From an uncultured Actinomycetota bacterium (GTDB taxonomy: Bacteria > Actinomycetota > Actinomycetes > Propionibacteriales > Nocardioidaceae), in NCBI GenBank assembly GCA_963800225.1, contig CAWDAF010000007.1, positions 27,256 through 91,255 of the forward strand: a DNA stretch of 64,000 bases, in the 5' to 3' direction. Under the pieces are notes generated by a model that worked only from the letters and a program-made list of their open reading frames with translations, was not told where the DNA came from and searched no databases. A program made the translations under genes and the position numbers. Shown piece after piece: positions 9,436 to 18,096 of this stretch; within the stretch, counting starts at the first letter, position 1, and the number at the start of each line of letters is the position of its first letter.

Positions 9436-9489
9436 GCGGAAGAGAAGACACAGCAGGGCCCGCGCCCCCCGGAGGAGCAGGCCCTGCTG
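9436..9489 (-). terminator. Intrinsic terminator downstream of the secreted protease gene
   Basis: Perfect 10-bp stem: cagcagggcc (9451-9460) pairs with ggccctgctg (9480-9489), with a 19-nt loop. On the minus strand it is followed by a T-rich run (gtgtcttctcttcc). Confidence 0.55.
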
Positions 9490-9506
9490 CTGGTACGTGC
9501 GCCGGC

Positions 9507-10370
9507 TCAGAGGACCGGCGAGAACGGCTCCGTGCCGTGGACCAGGCTCAGCCCGGCGATCCCGGAGTGGGCCTGCGCGTAGCCGAGCTCCTTGGCGAGG
9601 TCGCCGACGCCGTTGGTGGCCGGGAGCGGGGCGAGCGCCACCGTGGACAGCACGCCCAGGGCCGTGCCGTCGGCGCTGAGGAAGCCGCTGCCCGAGTCGC
9701 CGGGGATGCCCGGTGTCACGGTGTAGACCGGGTGCGACCAGCCGCCGTCGGCGGGGTCGTCGCCGAGGCCGGCGCCGGTGTGCGGGGCCAGCGTCTCGAC
9801 GCCCGCGCGCAGGCTGGAGTTGCCGTAGGTGAGGACCCGGTCGGCCGCGGCGGTGCCGTCGGTGTCCAGGCCGGTCGGTCCGCCCCAGAACGGCACCGAG
9901 GGGTTCACCTTGCCGACGTCGCCGGAGCTGACCTCGACCAGCGCCAGGTCGTTGTAGGCGCAGGTGTCCGGGTCCCTCTCGCCGTTCTGCTGCATGGTCA
10001 GCCAGCTGCTGTAGGCCAGGGTGCCGGTGCCGACCCGGGTGCCCTCGTCGACCAGGCTGCCGCCCTCGTTGAAGGTGACCTCGGTGCCGAGCGGGAGGGA
10101 CCGGGTGCTGCAGCCGTCGGTGTCGGTCGCGGCGCCCTGGCCGGCGCAGTGTGCGGCGTACCCGACGTAGGTGGCGCCGGAGCCGTCGGTGTAGACGAAG
10201 TTCGCGGTGCACTGGGCGCCGTCGGTGTACATCATCGTGCCGGGGTGGATGTCGGCGGTGCCGGCCGGCGCGTACGCGGCGGCGGCCTGGGCGGGGGCGG
10301 CCACCCCGGCCAGGGCGAGCACGGCGCCGGTGCCGAGAGCGGCCAGCAGTCGGGTCCGAGACGTCAGCAT
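9507..10370 (-). CDS. Secreted S1 (chymotrypsin/streptogrisin-like) serine protease
   Basis: Track ORF 9507..10511 was trimmed to ATG 10370, which has a GGAAGG RBS. Signal peptide MLTSRTRLLAALGTGAVLALAGVAAPAQA. Catalytic triad contexts: YAAHCAG, YNDLALVEV, GDSGSGF. Confidence 0.85.
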   Translation of the reverse strand: MLTSRTRLLAALGTGAVLALAGVAAPAQAAAAYAPAGTADIHPGTMMYTDGAQCTANFVYTDGSGATYVGYAAHCAGQGAATDTDGCSTRSLPLGTEVTFNEGGSLVDEGTRVGTGTLAYSSWLTMQQNGERDPDTCAYNDLALVEVSSGDVGKVNPSVPFWGGPTGLDTDGTAAADRVLTYGNSSLRAGVETLAPHTGAGLGDDPADGGWSHPVYTVTPGIPGDSGSGFLSADGTALGVLSTVALAPLPATNGVGDLAKELGYAQAHSGIAGLSLVHGTEPFSPVL

Positions 10371-10529
10371 GGGCGGTCCTTCCCAGAGATGAGCTGTCCC
10401 CCTGTCCAACGAGGCACCGCGGCGAAGGTCACGGCCCGAGATGCGAGGAGCCCCGCAGGCCGTGGCCTGCGGGGCTCCTCGGTGATGCCGGGACGGACCG
10501 GTGCGGGGCACCAGCGCCGTCGGGTAGGG

Positions 10530-11774
10530 CTAGTACGACGGCTGCGACGGGTCGATCTGGTTGACCCAGGCCACCACGCCGCCGCCGACGTGCACCGCGT
10601 CGGCGTACCCGGCGCCCTGGGCGATCGCGAGCGCCTCGGCCGAGCGCACCCCGGACTTGCAGTGCAGCACGACCTGCTTGCTGCCCTGGGTCAGCTCGGA
10701 CAGCTGGCCGAACGCGTTGCCGTTGAGGAAGTCGCCCTTGGGGATCAGCACCGAGCCCGGGATCTTGTTGATCTCGTACTCGTTCTGCTCGCGGACGTCG
10801 ACCAGCACGAAGTCGCGCTCGCCGTTGTCGCGCTCCTTCAGCATCTGCTCGAGCTGGGCGACCGAGATCGTCGACCCGGCCGCGGCGTCGGCGGCCTCGT
10901 CGGAGATCGCGCCGCAGAAGGCGTCGTAGTCGATCAGCTCGGTGACGGTGGCGTTCTCCCCGCACAGCGCGCAGTTGGGGTCCTTGCGGACCCTCAGCTT
11001 GCGGTACTCCATCTCCAGGGCGTCGTAGATCATCAGCTTGCCGACCAGCGGTTCGCCGATGCCGGTGAGCAGCTTGATGGCCTCGTTGACCTGGATCGAG
11101 CCGATCGACGCGCACAGCACGCCCAGCACGCCGCCCTCCGCGCAGGAGGGGACCATGCCCGGCGGCGGCGGCTCGGGGTAGAGGCAGCGGTAGCAGGGGG
11201 CGTCGCTCTGCCCGTCGGGCCCCTCGAGGGTCGGCCAGAACACCGAGGCCTGCCCGTCGAAGCGGTAGATGGAGCCCCACACGTACGGCTTCTTCAGGAA
11301 GTACGCCGCGTCGTTGACCATGTAGCGGGTGGCGAAGTTGTCGGTGCCGTCGACGATCAGGTCGTAGTCGGCGAAGATCCGCAGCACGTTGTCGTTGTCG
11401 AGGCGCTCGTCGTGGACCACCACGTTCACGAGCGGGTTGGTCTCGGCCAGCGACTCCTTCGCGGAGACCGCCTTGGACTTCCCGACGTCGCTCTGCCCGT
11501 GGATGATCTGGCGCTGCAGGTTGGACTCGTCGACCTCGTCGAACTCGGCGATGCCGAGGGTGCCGACGCCGGCCGCGGCCAGGTAGAGCAGGGCGGGGCT
11601 ACCGAGGCCACCGGCCCCGATCACCAGGACCTTGGCGTTCTTCAGCCTCTTCTGCCCCGTCATCCCGACGTCGGGGATGATCAGGTGCCGGCTGTAGCGG
11701 CGTACCTCGTCGATGGTGAGCTCGTCAGCGGGCTCGACCAGTGCTGGCAGTGACACGGACACTCCTAGGCTCAT
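10530..11774 (-). CDS. moeZ: Adenylyltransferase/sulfurtransferase MoeZ (ThiF/MoeB domain plus C-terminal rhodanese)
   Basis: Track ORF trimmed to ATG 11774. RYSRHLIIPDVGMTGQKRLKNAKVLVIGAGGLGSP, CxxC pairs (CYRC, CALC) and the rhodanese active-site loop VLHCKSGVRS. The position matches Rv3206c. Confidence 0.9.
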   Translation of the reverse strand: MSLGVSVSLPALVEPADELTIDEVRRYSRHLIIPDVGMTGQKRLKNAKVLVIGAGGLGSPALLYLAAAGVGTLGIAEFDEVDESNLQRQIIHGQSDVGKSKAVSAKESLAETNPLVNVVVHDERLDNDNVLRIFADYDLIVDGTDNFATRYMVNDAAYFLKKPYVWGSIYRFDGQASVFWPTLEGPDGQSDAPCYRCLYPEPPPPGMVPSCAEGGVLGVLCASIGSIQVNEAIKLLTGIGEPLVGKLMIYDALEMEYRKLRVRKDPNCALCGENATVTELIDYDAFCGAISDEAADAAAGSTISVAQLEQMLKERDNGERDFVLVDVREQNEYEINKIPGSVLIPKGDFLNGNAFGQLSELTQGSKQVVLHCKSGVRSAEALAIAQGAGYADAVHVGGGVVAWVNQIDPSQPSY

Positions 11775-11925
11775 CGCGGTGCCGGGTGCGGCGGCGTACG
11801 GCAGGGGGAACACCTCGATCGGCTCTCATGTTCCCGCACCGCCCCGACCGCTCCCGGGGACGTCCCGTCATGTGGAACCCTCGTCGCTTCCCGGCCTCGG
11901 CATTACCCCGGAGTAGGCTGCGCCC

Positions 11926-12555
11926 GTGACGACCACCCACGACCAGAAGCCCCGGGGCGGGCGGATGCCGCGCAGCGCGCGCCGTGCCCAGCTGCTCGAG
12001 TCCGCGCTGGAGGTCTTCGTCGCCCAGGGGTACCACTCCGCCGCGATGGACGACATCGCCGAGCGGGCGGGCGTCTCCAAGCCCGTGCTCTACCAGCACT
12101 TCCCCGGCAAGCTCGAGCTCTACCTGGCGCTGCTCGACCAGTCCTGCGACACCATCATCGAGGCGTGCAAGGCGGCCCTGGCCTCCACCGACGACAACAA
12201 GCTGCGGGTCACGGCGACCATGCACGTCTTCTACGACTACGTGGCCAGCGCCCAGGGCGCCTTCCGGCTGGTCTTCGAGTCCGACCTGACCAACGAGCCG
12301 CCCGTGCGTGAGCGGGTCGACCGGGTCACGGCGTACTGCGCCGAGGCGATCGCCGAGGTCATCCACGAGGACACCGGCCTGCCCGACGAGCAGTCCCGGC
12401 TGCTCGCGGTCTCCCTGGTCGGCATGGCCCAGGTCAGCGCGCGGTTCTGGCTGGACACGGCCGGTGAGATCTCTCAGGCCGACGCGGCTACGCTCGTGTC
12501 CGGGCTCGCCTGGCGCGGCATCCGCGGCTACCCCCGCAACGACGAGCAGGCCTGA
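11926..12555 (+). CDS. TetR-family transcriptional regulator
   Basis: Track ORF of 209 aa. HTH region: LLESALEVFVAQGYHSAAMDDIAERAGVSKPVLYQHFPGKLELY. Confidence 0.85.
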   Translation: MTTTHDQKPRGGRMPRSARRAQLLESALEVFVAQGYHSAAMDDIAERAGVSKPVLYQHFPGKLELYLALLDQSCDTIIEACKAALASTDDNKLRVTATMHVFYDYVASAQGAFRLVFESDLTNEPPVRERVDRVTAYCAEAIAEVIHEDTGLPDEQSRLLAVSLVGMAQVSARFWLDTAGEISQADAATLVSGLAWRGIRGYPRNDEQA

Positions 12556-12607
12556 GCCCCGGCCCCTGTGGGCCACCCCGCGAACCACATACCTAGGAGG
12601 TCCTCCG

Positions 12608-12832
12608 GTGGAGGTCAAGATCGGCGTGCAGAACGCCAGCCGCGAGCTGGTCCTCGAGTCCAAGGAGTCGGCGGACACCGTCGAGAAGACGGTCTCGGCA
12701 GCCCTCGCCACCGACGACGGCGTGCTCGTCCTGACGGACGCGAAGGGCCGCAGGGTCCTGGTGCCCGTCGCCAAGCTCGCCTACGTCGAGATCGGCACCG
12801 CGACCAGCGGCGCCGTGGGCTTCCGCTCCTAG
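12608..12832 (+). CDS. DUF3107-family small protein (TB9.4-like)
   Basis: GTG 12608 lies 8 nt after AGGAGG (12594-12599). Sequence VEVKIGVQNASRELVLESKESADTVEKTVSAAL...LAYVEIG. Conserved position between TetR and the DEAD-box helicase, as for Rv3208A. Confidence 0.75.
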   Translation: MEVKIGVQNASRELVLESKESADTVEKTVSAALATDDGVLVLTDAKGRRVLVPVAKLAYVEIGTATSGAVGFRS

Positions 12833-12844
12833 GGGCCCGGACCG

Positions 12845-13129
12845 ATGCTCGGGGAGATCCTCTTCATCCTGATCGGCGGCGTGGTCATCGGGCTGCTGGG
12901 CAAGTTCGTCGCGCCCGGCAACCGGGACAACATCCCGCTCTGGCTGACCGTGCTGTGCGGGGTGCTCGGGATCTTCCTGGGCACCTACCTGTACGTCGAC
13001 GTGCTCGGCGGCTCCGCGAACACCCGCGGCGTGGACTGGCTCCGGCACCTCGTGCAGGTCCTGGTCGCCGCCGTGCTGGTGGCCATCGCCTGCACGGTGA
13101 CCGGCCGCAGCACCAGCCGCCGCCGCTGA
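12845..13129 (+). CDS. GlsB/YeaQ/YmgE-family small membrane protein
   Basis: Track ORF of 94 aa with three hydrophobic helices: MLGEILFILIGGVVIGLLGKFVAPG...LWLTVLCGVLGIFLGTYLY. Confidence 0.7.
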   Translation: MLGEILFILIGGVVIGLLGKFVAPGNRDNIPLWLTVLCGVLGIFLGTYLYVDVLGGSANTRGVDWLRHLVQVLVAAVLVAIACTVTGRSTSRRR

Positions 13130-13143
13130 CGCGACACCTGCGG

Positions 13144-13200
13144 ACAGGAGACTCCCCCGCGCTACGCCCACCGAGCGTCGTCGCGGCCCGAGTCTCCTGT
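13144..13200. terminator. Hairpin between convergent genes (possible bidirectional terminator)
   Basis: 11-bp perfect stem: acaggagactc (13144-13154) pairs with gagtctcctgt (13190-13200). The 35-nt GC-rich loop may pair further. No clear U-tract. Confidence 0.35.
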
Positions 13201-13225
13201 TCTGCGGACCCTCCTCGGGACCGGG

Positions 13226-13987
13226 CTACGGCGCGAGACCGAGCGCCTGCATGCGGCTGGAGTGGTTCTCGGTGAGCCGGGTGAACAGCCGGCCGATCGC
13301 GGCGAGGTCCAGCGCCGGCCGGTCCACCCCTCCCGACAGCAGCGCGGAGAGCGCGTCGCGCTCCGCGGCGACCCGCTGCGCCTGCGACAGCGCCTCCCCC
13401 ATCAGCCGCCGGCCCCACAGCGCCAGCCGCCCGCCGAGCCGGGGCTCGGCGGCGATCGCGGCCCGCACCCGGTCCACGACGAAGACCGACTGCCCCGCGT
13501 CGGAGAGGCTCTCCAGGATGATCGCCCGGGTCTCCGCGTCGAGGAACGCGGCGATCTCGCGGTAGAAGTCCGCAGCGAGCCCGTCCCCGACGTACGCCTT
13601 GATCAGGCCCTCGAACCAGTCCGACGGCGCCGTCCGACGGTGAAAGTCCTCGAACGGCGTGGTGAAGGCGGACATCGCCTCGAACGGGTCCGCGCCGATC
13701 TCGCCGAGCCGGGCCCGCAGCGCCTCGAAGTGGGCGAACTCCGTCGAGGCCATCCGGGCCAGCTCGGCCTTGTCGCGCAGCGTCGGCGCCATCTTCGCGT
13801 CCTCGCTGAGCCGCTCGAACGCGGACATCTCGCCGTACGCGATCGCGCCGAGCAGGTCGACCACCGCCGCGAGGTAGGTGGGGTCGGAGAAGGCCAGCGG
13901 GAGCTCCGGGGACCAGCGCGCCGAGCCGGGCCCGGAGACCGCCACGGGACCGGTCGTCGAAGGTCTCTCGGCCGGCGATTCAGTCAT
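13226..13987 (-). CDS. Ferritin-like fold protein (conserved actinobacterial, function unknown)
   Basis: Track ORF of 253 aa, all-helical, with paired acidic motifs (AIAYGEMSAFERL...STEFAHFEAL...). Divergent from the DEAD-box helicase. Confidence 0.55.
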   Translation of the reverse strand: MTESPAERPSTTGPVAVSGPGSARWSPELPLAFSDPTYLAAVVDLLGAIAYGEMSAFERLSEDAKMAPTLRDKAELARMASTEFAHFEALRARLGEIGADPFEAMSAFTTPFEDFHRRTAPSDWFEGLIKAYVGDGLAADFYREIAAFLDAETRAIILESLSDAGQSVFVVDRVRAAIAAEPRLGGRLALWGRRLMGEALSQAQRVAAERDALSALLSGGVDRPALDLAAIGRLFTRLTENHSSRMQALGLAP

Positions 13988-14074
13988 GCGGGCAGCCTAC
14001 CGATAGAATGGCGGCGTACCGCCGACGAGCGCACGACACATGACGACCCCGGGAAGTCCCGTGGGGGTCGTGGA

Positions 14075-15619
14075 GTGGGAGCCTCGCAGCGGCTCGACGC
14101 TTCCACATCCTCACAGAGAACAGGCGAGATCCTGACCACCTTCAGAGAGCTCGGGGTGCTTCCCGAGATAGCCGACGCCCTCGAGCGGGTCGGCATCACG
14201 ACCCCCTTCCCGATCCAGGAGATGACCCTCTCGGTCGCGCTCCTGGGCACCGACCTGATCGGTCAGGCGCGCACCGGTACCGGCAAGACCCTGGCCTTCG
14301 GGATCCCGGTCCTGCAGCGCACGGTCGCGCCGCACGACCCCGACCACGCCGACCTGGTCGCCCCCGACAAGCCGCAGGCGCTGATCGTCGCGCCGACCCG
14401 TGAGCTCGCGCTCCAGGTCTCCAACGACATGTCGGTTGCCAGCGCGGACCGTGGCACCCGGGTGCTCACCGTGTACGGCGGTGTGGGCTACGACCACCAG
14501 CTCGACACGCTCAAGAGCGGCGTCGACGTCGTCGTCGGCACCCCCGGCCGGCTCATCGACCTGATGAACCGTCGCGCCCTCGACCTCTCGCACATCAAGG
14601 TGCTGGTCCTCGACGAGGCCGACGAGATGCTCGACCTGGGCTTCCTGCCCGACGTGGAGCGGCTGATCGCGAAGACCCCCGAGACCCGGCAGACGATGCT
14701 GTTCTCGGCGACCATGCCGGGCGCGATCGTGTCCCTGGCCCGCACCCACATGCGGCACCCGATGAACATCCGGGCCGAGTCCGGTGACGCGCAGCAGACC
14801 GTCCCGGCGACGGCGCAGTTCATCTACCAGGTGCACGACCTGGACAAGCCCGAGCTGGTCGCCCGGATCCTGCAGGCCGAGAACTCCGGCCTCACGATCG
14901 TGTTCACCCGCACCAAGCGGGCGGCGCAGCGGCTCGCCGAGGACCTCGAGGAGCGCGGCTTCGACGCCAGCCCGCTGCACGGCGACATGCAGCAGGTCGC
15001 GCGCGAGAAGGCGCTGGCGAAGTTCCGCAGCGGGAACCTGCGGGTGCTGGTGGCCACCGACGTCGCCGCCCGCGGCATCGACGTCGCCGACGTCACCCAC
15101 GTCATCAACTACAGCTGCCCCGAGGACGAGAAGACCTACGTGCACCGGATCGGCCGCACCGGCCGTGCGGGCGCGACGGGCGTGGCCGTGACGTTCGTCG
15201 ACTGGGCCGACGTGACCCGGTGGAAGGTCATCAACCGGGTCCTCGACCTGCCCTTCGACGAGCCGGCCGAGACGTACTCCACCTCGGAGCACTTCTTCCA
15301 CGACATGGGCATCGCGCCCGGCACCAAGGGCCGCCTCAAGCCGGCCGCCCCCCGGGCCGAGCGCGCGGGCGGCACGTCCTCGGGTGGCCGCTCCGGCGGG
15401 TCGTCCGAGCGTGGCCCCCGTGAGGACCGTCCCCGCCGCGACCGTGGCCGCAGCCGTACCCGCAGCGGTCAGCCCGTCGACGGTGACGCCTCCGCCCCGG
15501 CCGCACCCGCCGCCCCCGTGCAGCGGGACGGCGCCGAGGATGGCGACCAGCCGGCCGGCACCCGCAACCGCCGGCGTCGCCGTCGTGGCGGCAGGCCGGC
15601 CGCGAGCTCGACCGACTGA
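14075..15619 (+). CDS. rhlE: DEAD-box ATP-dependent RNA helicase (RhlE-like) with an Arg/Gly/Ser-rich C-terminal tail
   Basis: Real part of track ORF 13262..15619. FPIQ (Q motif), GQARTGTGKT (I), PTRELA (Ia), DEADEM (II), SAT (III), HRIGRTGRAG (VI). The start is uncertain: GTG 14075 is the first in-frame start after the divergent gene, and conserved sequence begins near 14132. Confidence 0.88.
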   Translation: MGASQRLDASTSSQRTGEILTTFRELGVLPEIADALERVGITTPFPIQEMTLSVALLGTDLIGQARTGTGKTLAFGIPVLQRTVAPHDPDHADLVAPDKPQALIVAPTRELALQVSNDMSVASADRGTRVLTVYGGVGYDHQLDTLKSGVDVVVGTPGRLIDLMNRRALDLSHIKVLVLDEADEMLDLGFLPDVERLIAKTPETRQTMLFSATMPGAIVSLARTHMRHPMNIRAESGDAQQTVPATAQFIYQVHDLDKPELVARILQAENSGLTIVFTRTKRAAQRLAEDLEERGFDASPLHGDMQQVAREKALAKFRSGNLRVLVATDVAARGIDVADVTHVINYSCPEDEKTYVHRIGRTGRAGATGVAVTFVDWADVTRWKVINRVLDLPFDEPAETYSTSEHFFHDMGIAPGTKGRLKPAAPRAERAGGTSSGGRSGGSSERGPREDRPRRDRGRSRTRSGQPVDGDASAPAAPAAPVQRDGAEDGDQPAGTRNRRRRRRGGRPAASSTD

Positions 15620-15630
15620 CCTGCCTCGCC

Positions 15631-15726
15631 TGCCGGTTTACCAGGTGATGCCGAGTTTCTGGCGCTCCCCATGGGTTGTTTCCCATGGGGAGCGACTGTT
15701 TTCCGGCATCACCTGGTAAACCGGCA
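15631..15726. repeat. Long composite inverted repeat between convergent genes (terminator-like or MITE-like)
   Basis: The outer 22-bp arm gccggtttaccaggtgatgccg (15632-15653) pairs perfectly with 15704-15725. The inner 13-bp stem is cgctccccatggg (15663-15675) with cccatggggagcg (15682-15694). A symmetric 9x9 internal loop separates them. GC content is visibly lower than the flanks. Confidence 0.8.
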
Positions 15727-15732
15727 CGGGGA

Positions 15733-16458
15733 TCAGGCGACGACGACGACCCGCGTGCCGACCGGGGCGAAGGCCCACAGGGCGCGGGCGTCGGGCCGCC
15801 ACTGACGGATGCAGCCGTGCGACTGCGGGGCGCCGAGGTCGTCCCGGGTCTGCACCCGCCGCCCGTCGAGCACCGGGATGTCGTGGAATCCGATGGCGGC
15901 GTTCTGCCCGTGGGTGAACCGGACCATGTACTGCATGGTGCCGGAGTCGTCGACGCCGATGGCGTGCAGCGACCGGGAGTAGACGACGTACCGGCCGGGG
16001 GCCAGGTTGTCGGTGACGCTCCCCGAGACCAGGTACGTGCGGCGTACGGCGTCCGCACCCGCGTGCCGGCCCACGAGCCACACCCGCTGGTCGGACATGT
16101 CGAACACCACCCGGCGGCCGGTGCCGCTGCGCGCCGGGACGCCCGGGGCCGGTGACTGGTCCGCGGTGCGCGCCGCCGGCGGCTTGCTGACCGCCGCGGA
16201 CGGGGACACGGTCGCAGGGGCCGACGGGGTGGGCGTCCCGGCGGGCCGGGCCACCACGGCCGCGGGGGCCGCCTCGGCCGCGGACGACGGGGCGACCGCA
16301 CGCGCGTCGGCGCCGCCGCCGGGGAGCACGCCGGCGCCGCCGAGGACGGAGACCAGGGTCACCGCCACCGCACCACCCGCGGCGCCCAGCCTGCCGTAGC
16401 GCGGCCTGAGGACCTCGGCGGTGCGGGGGTGGTCGCCTGCTCCGCCGTGGCCTGCCAT
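15733..16458 (-). CDS. L,D-transpeptidase (YkuD) family protein
   Basis: Track ORF of 241 aa. N-terminal TM/signal segment and an Ala/Pro-rich linker. The YkuD domain ends in FHDIP...APQSHGCIRQ (catalytic His/Cys). Confidence 0.8.
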   Translation of the reverse strand: MAGHGGAGDHPRTAEVLRPRYGRLGAAGGAVAVTLVSVLGGAGVLPGGGADARAVAPSSAAEAAPAAVVARPAGTPTPSAPATVSPSAAVSKPPAARTADQSPAPGVPARSGTGRRVVFDMSDQRVWLVGRHAGADAVRRTYLVSGSVTDNLAPGRYVVYSRSLHAIGVDDSGTMQYMVRFTHGQNAAIGFHDIPVLDGRRVQTRDDLGAPQSHGCIRQWRPDARALWAFAPVGTRVVVVA

Positions 16459-16468
16459 GCCGGCCAGC

Positions 16469-17245
16469 CTAGACCGGTCGGCGTCCCCGGCGGGTGAGGC
16501 TGGCCGCGACCTCGCGGTAGGCGTCGGCGCCCTTGTGGCTGGTGGTGGTGCTCAGGATCGACCGGCCCGCGGCCGGGGCCTCGGCGAACCGGATCGACTT
16601 CGGGATCGGCGGCTCGATGACGTCGAGCTGGTAGGTCTCGGAGATGTTGTCCAGCACCGCGCGGGCGTGGTTGGTGCGGCCGTCGTACAGCGTCGGCAGC
16701 ACCCCCCAGACCTCGAGCTTGCGGTTGGTGAACCGGCGTACGTCGTGCACGGTGTCGAGCAGCTGCCCCACCCCGCGGTGCGACAGCGTCTCGCACTGGA
16801 GCGGGATCAGCACGCCGCGCGCCGCGGTCAGCGCGGCGACGGTCAGCACGCCGAGCGACGGCGGGCAGTCCAGCAGCACCCAGTCGTAGTCGAGGTCCTC
16901 CAGCGCCATCTTCACGACGTGCTCGCGGCCGGTACGGGTGAGCAGGTCGGCCTCGGCCCGGGCGAGCTCGATGGTCGCGGGCAGCAGGTCGACGCCGTCC
17001 TCGGTCGCGATCACCACCTCGGTCGCGTCCAGGCCCTTGGTCAGCACGTGGTGGACCGACAGCTCGAGGTCCTCGGGGTCGATGCCCAGGGAGAAGGTCA
17101 GGCAGGCCTGCGGGTCGAGGTCGACGAGCAGGACGCGGTTGCCGAGCTCGGCGAGCGCGGCGCCGAGCGAGGCGACGGTGGTCGTCTTCGCGACGCCACC
17201 CTTCTGGTTGGCGACCGCGAGGATCTTGGTCTTCGATGCAGTCAC
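16469..17245 (-). CDS. ParA/Soj-family ATPase (orphan, chromosomal)
   Basis: Track ORF 16469..17689 was trimmed to GTG 17245. KILAVANQKGGVAKTTTV (deviant Walker A), LLVDLDPQ and VLLDCPPSLG. The position matches Rv3213c. Confidence 0.85.
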   Translation of the reverse strand: MTASKTKILAVANQKGGVAKTTTVASLGAALAELGNRVLLVDLDPQACLTFSLGIDPEDLELSVHHVLTKGLDATEVVIATEDGVDLLPATIELARAEADLLTRTGREHVVKMALEDLDYDWVLLDCPPSLGVLTVAALTAARGVLIPLQCETLSHRGVGQLLDTVHDVRRFTNRKLEVWGVLPTLYDGRTNHARAVLDNISETYQLDVIEPPIPKSIRFAEAPAAGRSILSTTTSHKGADAYREVAASLTRRGRRPV

Positions 17246-17294
17246 CTGCCCATCATGCCGCAGGGGCGGTTGCGGTCTCGACGTCCGTCCATGA

Positions 17295-18095
17295 ATGCTG
17301 GGCGGCATGTCGCAGTCCTCCCCCTCGCCCGAGCACCGCTCGACCGTCCTCGTCACCGGTGCCACCGCGGGCATCGGCCGGTCCTTCGCCCACCGGCTCG
17401 CCGCCGAGGGCCACGACCTGGTCGTCGTGTCCCGCACCCGCGAGCGCCTGGAGAGGCTGGCTGCCGACCTGACCGCGCAGCACGGCGTGGCGGTCGAGGT
17501 GATCGTGGCCGACCTCGGCGACCGCGAGCAGCTCGCGACCGTGGAGGCCCGGGTCTCCGACCCGGCGCGGCCGATCGGCCTGCTGGTCAACAACGCCGGC
17601 TTCGGCCTCAAGCACCCGTTCCTGGACAACACGATCGAGCAGGAGCAGTACCTCCTCGACGTGCTCGTGACCGCCGTCCTCCGGCTCACCCACGCGGCCC
17701 TGGGGCCGATGGTCGAGCGTGGCAGCGGCGCGGTCGTGAACGTCTCCAGCGTCGCCGGCTACCTGCCCCGCGGCAGCTACAGCGCCGCCAAGGCGTACGT
17801 CACCTCGCTCAGCGAGTGGGCGGACCTCACCTACCGGGACCGCGGGGTACGGGTGATGGCCCTGCTCCCCGGGTTCACCCGGACCGAGTTCCACCAGCGG
17901 ATCGACGTCAGCCAGGACTCGGCGCCGCGCTGGATGTGGCTCGACGTGGACCGGCTGGTCGACGACGCGCTGCGCGACCTGGACCGGGGCCGGTCCGTCT
18001 CGATCCCGAGCCGGCGCTACCAGGTGCTCGCCGCGGTCGCCCGCTACACGCCCCACAGCCTGCAGGCGCGCTTCCAGGGGCTGGGCCGCCGGTAG
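17295..18095 (+). CDS. Short-chain dehydrogenase/reductase (SDR)
   Basis: Track ORF of 266 aa. TVLVTGATAGIGRS (cofactor motif), NNAG, SYSAAKAY (catalytic YxxxK). ATG 17307 is an alternative start. Confidence 0.85.
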   Translation: MLGGMSQSSPSPEHRSTVLVTGATAGIGRSFAHRLAAEGHDLVVVSRTRERLERLAADLTAQHGVAVEVIVADLGDREQLATVEARVSDPARPIGLLVNNAGFGLKHPFLDNTIEQEQYLLDVLVTAVLRLTHAALGPMVERGSGAVVNVSSVAGYLPRGSYSAAKAYVTSLSEWADLTYRDRGVRVMALLPGFTRTEFHQRIDVSQDSAPRWMWLDVDRLVDDALRDLDRGRSVSIPSRRYQVLAAVARYTPHSLQARFQGLGRR

Positions 18096-18096
18096 G

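Noticed and set aside
9234-11753. 839-aa plus-strand ORF spanning the protease and moeZ loci
   Set aside because: It is a low-complexity antisense frame kept open by GC richness. It is opposite two well-supported minus-strand genes (S1 protease catalytic triad; ThiF plus rhodanese motifs).
16469-17245. Orphan ParA-like ATPase as a sign of a plasmid/ICE partition module or defence island
   Set aside because: No parB, relaxase, integrase or repeats lie nearby. The position matches a conserved chromosomal block (Rv3213c context in M. tuberculosis).
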